This document shows, piece after piece, positions 9,006 to 18,943 of a DNA stretch of 64,000 bases. Position 1 is the first letter of the stretch. Each line of letters starts with the position of its first letter. This stretch comes from a virus. Under the pieces are notes generated by a model. The model saw only the letters and a list, made by a program, of their open reading frames with translations, ran no database searches and was not told where the DNA came from. The position numbers and the translations under genes were made by a program. Where the stretch lies: IMG/VR virus record IMGVR_UViG_3300023174_000064, positions 64,001-128,000 of that record, one strand, 5' to 3'.

Positions 9006-10494
9006 TGGACTCCTTTGGTAACTGAATAGAAATCAACTTGTACGGAAATCTCTCATTAGTATATATTTTTAGTCTAGCACCAAGATGGTTCATTCCGTGG
9101 TTGGTATAGCTCTTGTAACGTAGATCGTCTGCAATATCAAATAATTTCATTTGTTGTTTGGTATCACTTCTTCGCAATCCGCGACCAATCGATTGCAAAA
9201 CTCTAATTATAGATTTGGACGGAGAAGCAAAAACTACATTATGAATATTTTTAATATTGATACCAGTACTGCAAGTTCCATAAGAAGCCAACAGTATTGA
9301 ATCAGATCCTTTATCTACCGCTTTACGAATTTGTTCGCGTTCGTCTACTTCGGTTTGACCGTGAATAAAGTAAACCGGTTTTGTGGAATCTTTTTGTAGT
9401 ATTTCGTGTAACGGTTTTCCTTGCAGTTCCACAAAGTTAAAAAGAACTAAAGTGTTGCCTGTCAGCTTACTACACAAATTTTTAATAAACTGATTGCGTC
9501 TAGGATTGCTAACAACCCAACGTATCTCGTCTACGTATGTCATCTTCTTGGTTGTTTGAATGTCTTCTGGAGAGTACTGAAATTGTAAACAATCAATATT
9601 GATTTGTGAAAGTAAGTCTTGATCAATTAATTTTTTGGTTGTGGTGGTATGATACGTTGGCCCAAATAATCCCTCAATAACCAGTTTATGGGTTTGTGTG
9701 CCATCCAAAGTACCGGTTGTGCCTATACGGTATTTGGTTTTCTTGGCCTTGCTCATAATAGAAGAAAGTGATTTGGCTTTAAACAAGTGGCACTCGTCTC
9801 CAAACACTCCCATAAAGTCTTCAAAGTAAGCAAACGGTTGATTGTAAATACTTTGCCAAGTGGAAATAATTATTCTCTTAGTGGAAGTTTTGTCCTTTCC
9901 AGACATTACTGTGTGGATGTTTCGGTCTGCTTTCCACGAGTCTTGTTTGGAATAATCTCGAAAATCTGCCAACATTTGAGCAACCAGACTGGTGGTTGGA
10001 ACAATTATCAACAACTTTCCTGTTGGGTTCTTATCCAACATCCAACGGCACAGCAGGTAGATCATCATGGACTTACCAGAGCCTGTAGGAGACACTAGGA
10101 GGGCCCTGGATCGATTCAGAGCGTGTTGGACGGCCTCTACCTGGTAATCGTATGGTTGGATGGGTTTACCGCCTGCACTGAGTGGCAAACTTTGAATGAA
10201 TTGCTTGACTTCTTCTGGCTTGGGAGTATCGTATGGAACCGGAATATGCTCCCAAGTGTACCCACGATCTTTAGCAAACTTGATTACAAGGTCTATCAGA
10301 CCTGCGTAAATGGTCTGGGTGTACAGATTAAAAAGACGAATTTTTCCATCCCAAAGACGCTTTTTGAAAGCTGGGGTGTATTGAAAATTGGGAACAGTAA
10401 ACGTAAAATAACCGTTTAGTTCTCTGGCTAAAGAACGATCACACTCAATCTTTAAATCGACAGCATCAGGTTGTGTGATACGTATATCTGCCAA
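8965..10494 (-). CDS. uvsW: UvsW SF2 helicase
   Basis: WDGKIRLF, SPTGSGKS, DECH, QSIGRGLR. Confidence 0.97.
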   Translation of the reverse strand: MADIRITQPDAVDLKIECDRSLARELNGYFTFTVPNFQYTPAFKKRLWDGKIRLFNLYTQTIYAGLIDLVIKFAKDRGYTWEHIPVPYDTPKPEEVKQFIQSLPLSAGGKPIQPYDYQVEAVQHALNRSRALLVSPTGSGKSMMIYLLCRWMLDKNPTGKLLIIVPTTSLVAQMLADFRDYSKQDSWKADRNIHTVMSGKDKTSTKRIIISTWQSIYNQPFAYFEDFMGVFGDECHLFKAKSLSSIMSKAKKTKYRIGTTGTLDGTQTHKLVIEGLFGPTYHTTTTKKLIDQDLLSQINIDCLQFQYSPEDIQTTKKMTYVDEIRWVVSNPRRNQFIKNLCSKLTGNTLVLFNFVELQGKPLHEILQKDSTKPVYFIHGQTEVDEREQIRKAVDKGSDSILLASYGTCSTGINIKNIHNVVFASPSKSIIRVLQSIGRGLRRSDTKQQMKLFDIADDLRYKSYTNHGMNHLGARLKIYTNERFPYKLISIQLPKESNEKNIQDTQNEIG

Positions 10495-10929
10495 TTAAAC
10501 TCCTTGGGTAAATTTCAACCAGTCAATCATGGCTCGGATTTGCCATTGACGATTTTGTACAATTTTAATTACACTTTCCAGATAACTAACTTTTTCTTCT
10601 TGAAAGTTAACCTTTTCAGAAGCCTTGATGTAGTCTACATCCGATTCAATCATGTCATCTGCTTCTGTCTTTAGGATGTTTAATTCGAACGGTTCCCAGC
10701 CAAACTGAGTCAATTCTTCTTGACTCATTCGACCAGTATAGTAAAGCCATTTATTTCTGCGAAGAACAGACAACTCGCTGTTCATTCGTTTTAGTTTTAA
10801 CTTTTCATCCATAAACATAACCAGATATTTGTTGTGAAGTTGTGGTGTTCTGGAAGACTCTGCATCAAGAGCAGTTTGATCAATATCCAGATCTTTTTTA
10901 ATCATTACTTTTAATTCATCTAGGTTCAT
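10495..10929 (-). CDS. uvsY: UvsY recombination mediator
   Basis: PQLHNKYL, KWLYYTG, IDWLKF; synteny. Confidence 0.93.
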   Translation of the reverse strand: MNLDELKVMIKKDLDIDQTALDAESSRTPQLHNKYLVMFMDEKLKLKRMNSELSVLRRNKWLYYTGRMSQEELTQFGWEPFELNILKTEADDMIESDVDYIKASEKVNFQEEKVSYLESVIKIVQNRQWQIRAMIDWLKFTQGV

Positions 10930-10935
10930 AATAAT

Positions 10936-10963
10936 ATTATATCACAAAATTACGGAGTTTCAA
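10936..10963 (-). promoter_or_regulatory. Sigma70-like promoter TTGAAA-16-TATAAT for uvsY
   Basis: Hexamers read directly; 6 nt before the ATG. Confidence 0.65.
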
Positions 10964-11450
10964 GTGGTTCTACAGTATATCCTGAATGCGCAAATTTAAC
11001 AGAAGCAATTACTTCTGTTGTTGTGGTAGTATTTACTGCAAATTTTATTCCACTTACATATTGAGGAAATACATTTTTAAAATGAACCTTTATCTTAGGT
11101 CTATAAGAGCTGTTTGTAATTAAAAGAGTTGCGTCTGAAACTTTTTCGCTATATGGAAGAGTGTTACAATCTGAAGTATAATTTCCTGTTGTTTTTATCC
11201 AATTGTGTAATTCTGTCCAATTTTTTAAATTTTCATCTACGCGAAAAGTTAATTCCAATTCTTCAAACCGAAACGCTCCTGTTGGTATTTTAACTGGATG
11301 ACCAAATATAGTTGGTTGATCCGCAGTACCAAAACCTATCCCAGGTAAATTTATTGTTTGACAAAAATAAACTACGCCAGGAACGCGATTCAATATAAAT
11401 TGAAAATAATTTACTAAAAGTGGGTTGTGTGATCCGGTAAATCCTACCAT
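10950..11450 (-). CDS. gp3: Tail completion / sheath stabiliser
   Basis: FCQTINLPGI, FRVDENLKNW, SDATLLI. Confidence 0.9.
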   Translation of the reverse strand: MVGFTGSHNPLLVNYFQFILNRVPGVVYFCQTINLPGIGFGTADQPTIFGHPVKIPTGAFRFEELELTFRVDENLKNWTELHNWIKTTGNYTSDCNTLPYSEKVSDATLLITNSSYRPKIKVHFKNVFPQYVSGIKFAVNTTTTTEVIASVKFAHSGYTVEPLETP

Positions 11451-11472
11451 ATTACTATTATTTATGTAAACG

Positions 11473-11502
11473 AAAAGGGCTCCCTTTTTAGGGGGAGCCC
11501 TT
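11473..11502 (-). terminator. Intrinsic terminator after gp23
   Basis: AAGGGCTCCC/GGGAGCCCTT stem followed by a T-run on the minus strand. Confidence 0.85.
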
Positions 11503-11528
11503 AGCGTTAGTTTTAGTTAAGGTTTAGA

Positions 11529-12962
11529 TCAGAGACCGAAACCAGTGTTACCGTGGAGATTATTGACGGCAAAGATACGGTAGTATTGGTTACCACCGAG
11601 AGCGTTGATGTCAGTGTTCTCGGCGAATGGATTGGATACCATGCCGTAACGAGTCTTGAAGCCGATCTTGGGTTGGAAAGTGCTTTGATCGACTGCACGT
11701 ACCATTTGTAACGGAACGTATGGGCAGTAGAACACACCAGCGTCGTATGGGCTTGCACCACGATAGCCGACTAGGCAGAAGTTTGCACCAGCAGCAGCGT
11801 ATGGATCGATATAAACCTTGAACTTGCCGTTTAGAACGCCAGCAAAAGTGTTGCCGGTGTCATCAACCTCTAGTTGAGTTTGTAGAGCAGGAGTTAGGTT
11901 TAGGAATCCACCCATGGCGAGAGCTGAAGCTACGTCGCTTGAGCAAACGATGAAGTTACCCTTACCACGACGAGTTTCCTTGGCGATTTGGTTAGCTTCA
12001 CGTTCGATTTGGAACATGAGACCACGGAAACGTTCTGCACTCCAACGACCATCAGAGTCGGTGTTTAGATCGTAAACACCACCAGTGGTGAGATCGGCTT
12101 GTTGGCAACCAGTCTTGGCAGTGCGGTATAGGGTGTAGATTAGCTCGCGGTTGATTTCGTTGAGAATTTCAGTGCTAAGAATGTTAGCAAGTTCGCTCTC
12201 AGCGTCAAGACCGTGAACAGCCTTTAGATCTTGAGCTAGCTCAGTGCTGTACTCTGCCTTTAGGGCGCGAGTCTTGGCTTCTACAGCTAGACGCTCAATG
12301 CTGAATGCCATTTGGTTGAAGTTTAGTTTGCCACTTTCGCCTAATTCTTCACCAACGTTGGTTAACATACCACGGAAGCTGTTGATATCAAAGCTGCTTT
12401 CGCGGATACCAAAGTTGGCACCTTGAGCAAAACCACCGTTGTTGCTACCGCTAACACCGATAGGGTTGATGCCTTGGTTAGCAGCAGTGGCAGCACCAGC
12501 AGAGGTGTTACCTGAACCACCGAACTTAGCAAAAACTTCTTGGAATAGAGCTTCGCGGCCTACACCAACGCTACCGCTTTCGGTTTGAGACTGATAGCGT
12601 GAACGCATGGCAAAGATTAGACCGGTTGGTGCACTCATTGGTTGCACGCCAGCTAGATCGTAAGCCATTAAGTTTGGCATGCTACGACGAACTAGGCTGA
12701 TTAGAATAGGATCGTAACCTGCGAGGTTAGAATTACCACCTGCAGCTTGTGTTACTCGGAAACCGCCTGCACCCATGGCATTGGCAGGGGCTTCAATAAG
12801 ATATTGCTCACGAAGAGCCTTCTCTTGATTTTCTAGTAGCATAGCAGTACACTTTTTCTTGTACGAATCTGAAATTGAAGGAATAGCCTCGTGTTCTAGT
12901 AGAGGGTTCCATTTTTCTACGAGTGTATCGTAGGGGGTAGTTTCGTTAAAATCCATTGACAT
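11529..12962 (-). CDS. gp23: Major capsid protein
   Basis: LVEKWNPLLE, GVQPMSAPTGLIFAMR, RALKAEYSTELAQDLKAVHGLDAE, YCPYVPLQ. Confidence 0.99.
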   Translation of the reverse strand: MSMDFNETTPYDTLVEKWNPLLEHEAIPSISDSYKKKCTAMLLENQEKALREQYLIEAPANAMGAGGFRVTQAAGGNSNLAGYDPILISLVRRSMPNLMAYDLAGVQPMSAPTGLIFAMRSRYQSQTESGSVGVGREALFQEVFAKFGGSGNTSAGAATAANQGINPIGVSGSNNGGFAQGANFGIRESSFDINSFRGMLTNVGEELGESGKLNFNQMAFSIERLAVEAKTRALKAEYSTELAQDLKAVHGLDAESELANILSTEILNEINRELIYTLYRTAKTGCQQADLTTGGVYDLNTDSDGRWSAERFRGLMFQIEREANQIAKETRRGKGNFIVCSSDVASALAMGGFLNLTPALQTQLEVDDTGNTFAGVLNGKFKVYIDPYAAAGANFCLVGYRGASPYDAGVFYCPYVPLQMVRAVDQSTFQPKIGFKTRYGMVSNPFAENTDINALGGNQYYRIFAVNNLHGNTGFGL

Positions 12963-12987
12963 TTTTAGTTTCTCCTTGATTTAAAGT

Positions 12988-12995
12988 TATTTATA
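12988..12995 (-). promoter_or_regulatory. T4-type late promoter TATAAATA (gp23)
   Basis: Exact octamer upstream of the AAGGAG SD. Confidence 0.85.
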
Positions 12996-13007
12996 CTTTA
13001 GTAATTT

Positions 13008-14009
13008 TTAGTAAGTCTTAGTTTGACGCGACAGAGCATTTACATATACAGACATGGGGCCTTCAGTGACTGCAGGTGCATTCCATTGCTCTGTAAGTGT
13101 TTCGGTTTGTTGGGCAACTACTGGAGCAGCCTTCAGATAATTTTCTTTGAGAATTAGAAGCTTGTTTTGGAAGTCTTGAGCGTTGCTGAAATCAATGCTC
13201 TCGGCTAGAGAAGCAAGACGTTCAGCGTCTACTTGAGACATATCAGAAACAGTGCTTAGGAAAATAGCACGAGCTTGACCAGCAGTGACTTCTCGGTTGA
13301 GATTCATGTTGGTTTGAATTTGCTCATTGAGAGCAGATTCTAGTTCTTGGTTCTCGTTAAATAGATCTTCAAGAATATCATGCTTCTTTTCTGGAACTTC
13401 AATGTAGTGAGTCTCGAATAGGCTCTTGAGACCACCAATAAAGCTTTCAGAAATTTCGGTACGAATACCGTTTTCTACGGCTAGCTTGTTTTCTTTCATC
13501 CACTCGTCTACAGCATAGTTTAAATACTCGTCTAGACGAGTTGCTAGTTCTTCAGTAACCTTTTGTACTTCTTCTTGAATGATTGAAGCACTTTCACGAA
13601 GAACTTGTTCACGAATCTTGGTGGTGCGCTCGTTGAGAGCAGCTTCAAAGATTACAGCAGTCTTGCTCATGAATTCTTCAGACAGATTTTCACCGTTAAA
13701 TAGTGAACCAAGATGTTCTTGGATTGTGTCTGGAATTTCGTCTTCATGTGCAGCCTCTTGGTCAGGAAGATCTTGACCTGCAGCTGTTGCGTGAGCAGCA
13801 GCCACGTCTCGTGTTTCCTTGGATCGTCTGGCTGCATCACCAGCAAATTGTGCACCGCCTGGACGAAGGCTCATTTGATTGCGTTGAGCACTTCCTTCCA
13901 TCCAACTGGTGTCAAGGGTACCAAGAAATGGTCCCTTACCTGTGGCATCCATTGCACCTTTGCCTGTTGCATCCATTACTACGGGTCGTTGTTGTTGTGT
14001 CTTTTTCAT
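13008..14009 (-). CDS. gp22: Prohead scaffold/core protein
   Basis: LSEEF..KTAVIFEAA, YLNYAVDEWMKENKLAVENGIRTEISESF. Confidence 0.95.
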   Translation of the reverse strand: MKKTQQQRPVVMDATGKGAMDATGKGPFLGTLDTSWMEGSAQRNQMSLRPGGAQFAGDAARRSKETRDVAAAHATAAGQDLPDQEAAHEDEIPDTIQEHLGSLFNGENLSEEFMSKTAVIFEAALNERTTKIREQVLRESASIIQEEVQKVTEELATRLDEYLNYAVDEWMKENKLAVENGIRTEISESFIGGLKSLFETHYIEVPEKKHDILEDLFNENQELESALNEQIQTNMNLNREVTAGQARAIFLSTVSDMSQVDAERLASLAESIDFSNAQDFQNKLLILKENYLKAAPVVAQQTETLTEQWNAPAVTEGPMSVYVNALSRQTKTY

Positions 14010-14031
14010 ATATTTTTCCTAATGGTAATGT

Positions 14032-14039
14032 TATTTATA
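14032..14039 (-). promoter_or_regulatory. Late promoter TATAAATA (gp22)
   Basis: Exact octamer. Confidence 0.8.
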
Positions 14040-14078
14040 ATTATTATTTTTTCAAAAATACTAGTAAATTTACGCTTT

Positions 14079-15338
14079 TTAAATCATTCCGTATCGTAGA
14101 TCTTTTTTCATCATCATTAAACGTCTGGCAGCTTCAGTATTCATCTGATCAATATAATTATTTGCCACTTTTCCTGCTAATTTTGCTGTTCCACCAAGAG
14201 CAACACCTGTGGTTTTAGCAAGCGCACCACTTGTTTTGTCGCCCAGCAAATTGGCTGCTATATTTCCTACCACACCGGTAGTAGCGTTCACAGCAATACC
14301 CAGAGGATTTGTTAAATCTAAGATATTTTTATAGTGCTTCATTTGTTCTGCACCTATACCTGACGGATCAAAAATGGCAGCTTGAGCCACTCGACCACTT
14401 CTGATCTTTGCCATAGTTTCTGGAGAAGTTGCAGCCAACATTCTAAAAAAGTTGGTTGTGTCTTCACCAGGAACAGGTTTAGTCATTCTGGAATAAGTTT
14501 CTGCAGCTTTCTTGGGATTTAAAGAAACGTCTAAAGCTTCTGCGGCTGTATCTTTAATTTTTCCAACTACGTCTTTAAATCCTTCGATGTATTTGTTATT
14601 TTGAGTCCACTTGTCAGATTCAATTTTTTTAAATCTTGCTGGATCTTCAGCCTTCATCGCACTAACAGAACCAGAAGGAGTCACGATTCCAGACTCTTGA
14701 TCTGTATCTAAAAGTTTTTCATTTAGAGTAACACTTTCAAGTAAAGACTTTAATGAATTAGGTCTAAATCTGAGAGTTTGTTCAAATATACCACGACTAG
14801 AACGGTTCATTCTAGCCAATCTGGCTGAGTGTCTAGCAGCAGCAAGTTCTTCTGATCGCTTTAATTCATTTTCTTCTGCTCGTTCTCTCATTCTATTTAA
14901 ACGAGCATCTCTTTTTGCTTTTCGTTCTCCTTCCAGTTCCTCTGGAGTTTTTGCTTTTCCGTATCCTTTTACTTTTGGTTTAACAGGAGGTTTTGGAGGT
15001 TCGGGAGTGGGCTCGGGCTTGGGTGGTTCGGGAGTGGGCTCGGGCTTGGGTGGTTCAGGTTCTGGATTAGGAACTAGACCTGGTGGTGGTTCACCGGGAG
15101 CTGGTGGTTGTGGTTCTGGATTAGGAACTAGACCTGGTGGTGGTTCACCGGGAGCTGGTGGTTCAGGTTCTGGATTAGGAACTAGACCTGGTGGTGGCTC
15201 CGGTTCAGAAACTCCTTGTTTATCTGTATTATTATTTTTGTTTTTATCTTTATCTTTACCACCAGCATTACCAGCAGTATCCATTATTGATGGTGGAGTA
15301 ATAACACTTTCTAATAAATTTTTTAATTTGATTTTCAT
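14079..15338 (-). CDS. Pro-rich hypothetical protein, putative internal head protein
   Basis: 419-aa ORF between gp21 and gp22; repeated LK(N/S)LLESV motif. Confidence 0.7.
   Translation of the reverse strand: MKIKLKNLLESVITPPSIMDTAGNAGGKDKDKNKNNNTDKQGVSEPEPPPGLVPNPEPEPPAPGEPPPGLVPNPEPQPPAPGEPPPGLVPNPEPEPPKPEPTPEPPKPEPTPEPPKPPVKPKVKGYGKAKTPEELEGERKAKRDARLNRMRERAEENELKRSEELAAARHSARLARMNRSSRGIFEQTLRFRPNSLKSLLESVTLNEKLLDTDQESGIVTPSGSVSAMKAEDPARFKKIESDKWTQNNKYIEGFKDVVGKIKDTAAEALDVSLNPKKAAETYSRMTKPVPGEDTTNFFRMLAATSPETMAKIRSGRVAQAAIFDPSGIGAEQMKHYKNILDLTNPLGIAVNATTGVVGNIAANLLGDKTSGALAKTTGVALGGTAKLAGKVANNYIDQMNTEAARRLMMMKKDLRYGMI
14998..15196. repeat. Tandem repeats: about 3 x 54 bp (EPPPGLVPNPEPxPPAPG) and about 2 x 27 bp (EPPKPEPTP)
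   Basis: tctggattaggaactagacctggtggtgg recurs at 15061, 15115, 15169. Confidence 0.9.
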
Positions 15339-15982
15339 TTTAATTTTCTTAAAAAGTCTTCAAATAATTTTACAGCTTTTTGTTCTAGTTGACGTGCAGA
15401 TACTTTAGAAAGTTCTCGGTGATACTCTTCAATTTGACGTTCAACAAGCATACCATTATCCCAGATCCACTCTTTGCCTTCCATGATACCGTTTACGAAA
15501 GCGTTAGGCGCAGAAGGATCAGCAACAATATCTACAGCGGAAAGCATGAAGTCAGGCTGAACTTCATTGTAACCATTTCTGGCTTTCAGTGAACCCATAC
15601 CACGAGTTGAAACGCCAAGACGAGCACCTTCATTGATCAGATTTTTAACAATCTCACCCATTGGAGTGCTCATAACTTTAGCTTTACCGTACACATCAGA
15701 ACCATCACATTTAAATTCTTTAATAATAATTGCAACACGGTCTAAGTTTACTGTTGGACCTGCTGGATGATTTAGTTCACCAAACGCACGGCTGTTGTTT
15801 ACAAACTCTTTGGTGTAACGATTAACTTCATTTAACAGAATGTGTTTTGGGTACATTCTTTTGTTTCGATTGAGGGTATCGGCTTGCATGAAGGTACCTT
15901 CAATGAAATAATTTTTGCCACCGTCAGCAGCTGCTTCGGTTAAAAACTCTACTTGTTCAACTGTCTCGGTTATTAGTTTCAT
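15335..15982 (-). CDS. gp21: Prohead protease
   Basis: MKLITE, NRNKRMYP, GELNHP, GVSTRGMGSL, DIVADPSAPNAFV. Confidence 0.97.
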   Translation of the reverse strand: MKLITETVEQVEFLTEAAADGGKNYFIEGTFMQADTLNRNKRMYPKHILLNEVNRYTKEFVNNSRAFGELNHPAGPTVNLDRVAIIIKEFKCDGSDVYGKAKVMSTPMGEIVKNLINEGARLGVSTRGMGSLKARNGYNEVQPDFMLSAVDIVADPSAPNAFVNGIMEGKEWIWDNGMLVERQIEEYHRELSKVSARQLEQKAVKLFEDFLRKLK

Positions 15983-15987
15983 TGATT

Positions 15988-16350
15988 TCAGTCTTCCTCT
16001 TCTTCTGAATCTTCGTCATCTTCTTCTGAGTCCTGATCATCTTCCTCATCTTCTTCTTCTTTGGGCTCACCTTCTTCTTCTTCCTCAGGTTGCTCCTCGT
16101 CCTCGGTTTCATCATCATTACCCCCTGCCCATTGAGTTGAAGCCTCTTCCCAACCAGAAATTTTGCCGTCACGATTCTTATCAGCTTTTTTGGCATCCCA
16201 CTTTTCAAAAATAGTGGGAGCAAAAGCTTCGTATTTTTCATTCAAAGCATTTGTTAGAGCTTCATTTAATTTTTCTTTAATTAAGCTTTGAGCTTGAACT
16301 AAATTCTCGTTCATTACGAGGTTTATAAAAGTTTTTAGAGAATTATTCAT
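15988..16350 (-). CDS. Prohead core protein (gp67/gp68-like) with acidic tail
   Basis: Lies between portal and protease; E/D-rich C-terminus. Confidence 0.6.
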   Translation of the reverse strand: MNNSLKTFINLVMNENLVQAQSLIKEKLNEALTNALNEKYEAFAPTIFEKWDAKKADKNRDGKISGWEEASTQWAGGNDDETEDEEQPEEEEEGEPKEEEDEEDDQDSEEDDEDSEEEED

Positions 16351-16768
16351 TTTTAGACCCTTGTTTTTTATTTTCTAACCTGGCCAAGTTTAATACTCGG
16401 TTAAAGGTTTCTTGTGATTCAGACAGTAATTTTACCATTCTTTCTTTGTTGTCATTATTTAGGTTTTTATATAGTTTAGACACCATTTCACGATCTTCTT
16501 CGGTTAGAACACCAATATTTCCGTCTTTTAATTTATATGTTTTTTCAAACAATAAATCTGTAATAACTTTTGTTTCCTGTATATCTGGCATAATAATTTT
16601 AGACAAAGCAGTTTTTTCAAGAATTTTTAACAAATTTTGACTTTCTGATTTGTGAATTCTTTCCATAAGAATAGCAGCACGTTCTCTCAATTCTTCCCCC
16701 AAGACGGTTTGAAATTGTTGGTTTTTGCCTCTAAGAATCATTTCTACTAATCTTTGTGGTGTGCTCAT
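16343..16768 (-). CDS. Putative prohead core protein
   Basis: Position after gp20; Y.NLN..NK.RM...SQETF-type motif. Confidence 0.55.
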   Translation of the reverse strand: MSTPQRLVEMILRGKNQQFQTVLGEELRERAAILMERIHKSESQNLLKILEKTALSKIIMPDIQETKVITDLLFEKTYKLKDGNIGVLTEEDREMVSKLYKNLNNDNKERMVKLLSESQETFNRVLNLARLENKKQGSKNE

Positions 16769-18345
16769 TGCTGTTCTTTCGATTGTTCTTCTTCTGGTTG
16801 TTCTTCTTCTGGTTGCTCTCCGGACAACATTTGTTGATATTGTTGCATGTCTTGTGCTTCTAATTGTTTTTGCATCTCTCTATTTATTTGTGCATCAATT
16901 TCAAGAATTTCTTCTTCTGATTGCTTTAAGAAATATTTTCTCACGTAATCATTAGAAAAGAATCTACCAATGTAGGGAGTTACTGCCGCGATAATATCTA
17001 ATCTTTCTCGAAGAATATCATTATCTTTCAATTCTGCAAAATACGAATCATTATTGAAAGTAAAAGTTATTTCTTGATGGATACGATTCCAATCTTCTTC
17101 ACTCATTATTCCCTTAAGAATTACTTGAGTTCTTAGAATATCTAAAAATAATGTACTAAATCGATGTCGTAAACGATCAATAAATTTATTAAATCGAACT
17201 TCATCTCGGGTAATCTCAGCAGAACGACCCATGTTAAATCCGCTATCTCCCTGCATTCTGGAGAGAGGAACACCCAATGCACGGAACAACTTTTGTTGCA
17301 GGTACATCACGTCTTCCATTTGACCCAAGTTTTGGCCACCGTCTAGCGTGGTAATTTCGGTACCTCGCCCACCTTCACGGCGCGGCATCCAAAAATCTTC
17401 CAACATGCTCATGTGGTTGCGTTCATCACGAATTTGACCAGTAGTAGGATCGTAAAGAATCTTGTTGCGATACCTGTTCATGATTTCGCGCAGGTATTGC
17501 TCGGCTTTTTGTTTTGGTAAATTACCTACATCCACATAAAAAATACGACGTTCTGGTGCACGCGAAATTCGATAAATGGCAACCGCATCTTCAATTTGAC
17601 GAAGAAGATTCAATGGTCTGACAGCTTTTTGTAGATACCCCACAACTCGCTTTGTTGCCGAATCAATGATACCAGAATGTGCGTACGCAATAGTATCTGG
17701 TGCAATTTTCCAACCAGCACTAGTTGTCGGAAACGCAGAATCTTTATCGGTATCTGCGTATACAAAATAATCTTGAACATTTTTAACAGGAGAAAATGGT
17801 GCCATACCACCATAAACTGCTTTATCTTTTTCTATTTTTTTAATCTTTTTAATCTTGATAGGATCAACAGGAATTAATTCTACAATTCCTTTTCTTAGAT
17901 CGTTCTTATCAATTTTTTTATAGTAATATACTTTAGAATCAATATACCATCTTCTAAAAATATCACTTGCTCTATTAGAAAAATCCATTAATTTTAAAAT
18001 GTGATTGTATTCTGTATACACTTTAGTTTTAATAGTTTCAGACAAATTTACTCGATCAAGATTTAACTTGATTGGTTTTCTGTCTTGATCTAAAACTATA
18101 GCTTCATTTACTATATCTTCAATAGCAGCATCCACTTCTGGATACAATGCCATAGAACGATAATGTTGAATCATCTGGTTTTCGTCACGAACCGCACCAG
18201 AAAAATCAACAAATGTACCAAATACTCCACCAGTTTCTAAAATATAAGAACCATCATAAGAATCTGGAGTGATAATATCACCAGTTTGTTTTGATGATTC
18301 TTGCTTTTTTTTACCTATAGAAAATCCAAATAATTCTAATTCCAT
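16765..18345 (-). CDS. gp20: Portal protein
   Basis: LFGFSI, YRISRAPERRIFYVDVGNLPK, EDFWMPRREGGRGTEITTL. Confidence 0.98.
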   Translation of the reverse strand: MELELFGFSIGKKKQESSKQTGDIITPDSYDGSYILETGGVFGTFVDFSGAVRDENQMIQHYRSMALYPEVDAAIEDIVNEAIVLDQDRKPIKLNLDRVNLSETIKTKVYTEYNHILKLMDFSNRASDIFRRWYIDSKVYYYKKIDKNDLRKGIVELIPVDPIKIKKIKKIEKDKAVYGGMAPFSPVKNVQDYFVYADTDKDSAFPTTSAGWKIAPDTIAYAHSGIIDSATKRVVGYLQKAVRPLNLLRQIEDAVAIYRISRAPERRIFYVDVGNLPKQKAEQYLREIMNRYRNKILYDPTTGQIRDERNHMSMLEDFWMPRREGGRGTEITTLDGGQNLGQMEDVMYLQQKLFRALGVPLSRMQGDSGFNMGRSAEITRDEVRFNKFIDRLRHRFSTLFLDILRTQVILKGIMSEEDWNRIHQEITFTFNNDSYFAELKDNDILRERLDIIAAVTPYIGRFFSNDYVRKYFLKQSEEEILEIDAQINREMQKQLEAQDMQQYQQMLSGEQPEEEQPEEEQSKEQQ

Positions 18346-18391
18346 ATATTCACCATTTTGTTTTTAAATCACGCTATGATATGTAGTTGAT

Positions 18392-18931
18392 TTATGCTAT
18401 CTTGTTTACAACATAATGACTGTACACAATACCAACACTAAATGCACCGAGTTTGTTGTCTTGTGCCATATCTAATTGGAATTGACCGATACCTACAGGC
18501 CAACAATTATTAAGGGTAAATTGTTTTATAACCTTAGCTCCGTTTGGATCATATTGTTGTATAGTCCAATCTGATGCAAAATTTGATTTAGGGCTTCCTG
18601 CGTTTGGACTGGTATTTAATTCATGATGATTCATTTGGTTATGCCAGTCATGAAAAGCTTTATATAATGTTTTTGAGCCTACATCGTCTAAAATAGAAAT
18701 TTCCCATGGTTTATATGTACGATCTCCCGGATAACTTACTGTTCTACCTCTCCAATTAACAGAAATACTTCCTACGATTGCTTCAGGTAAATTTGCAGAT
18801 CGAACGTGAAATTCGGTAAATGGAGTTTTTGTCCCTTTGCCTACCGGTCCTATCTGACCGGTTACGGTAAAACGATTTATTCTCGTTCCACCTTTAAATC
18901 CGCCAATAAAGTCTTCTATTTTGTGGCCCAT
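18392..18931 (-). CDS. gp19: Tail tube protein
   Basis: ANLPEA, WRGR...GDRTYKPW, CWP. Confidence 0.92.
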   Translation of the reverse strand: MGHKIEDFIGGFKGGTRINRFTVTGQIGPVGKGTKTPFTEFHVRSANLPEAIVGSISVNWRGRTVSYPGDRTYKPWEISILDDVGSKTLYKAFHDWHNQMNHHELNTSPNAGSPKSNFASDWTIQQYDPNGAKVIKQFTLNNCWPVGIGQFQLDMAQDNKLGAFSVGIVYSHYVVNKIA

Positions 18932-18943
18932 GTGTGTTCCTTT

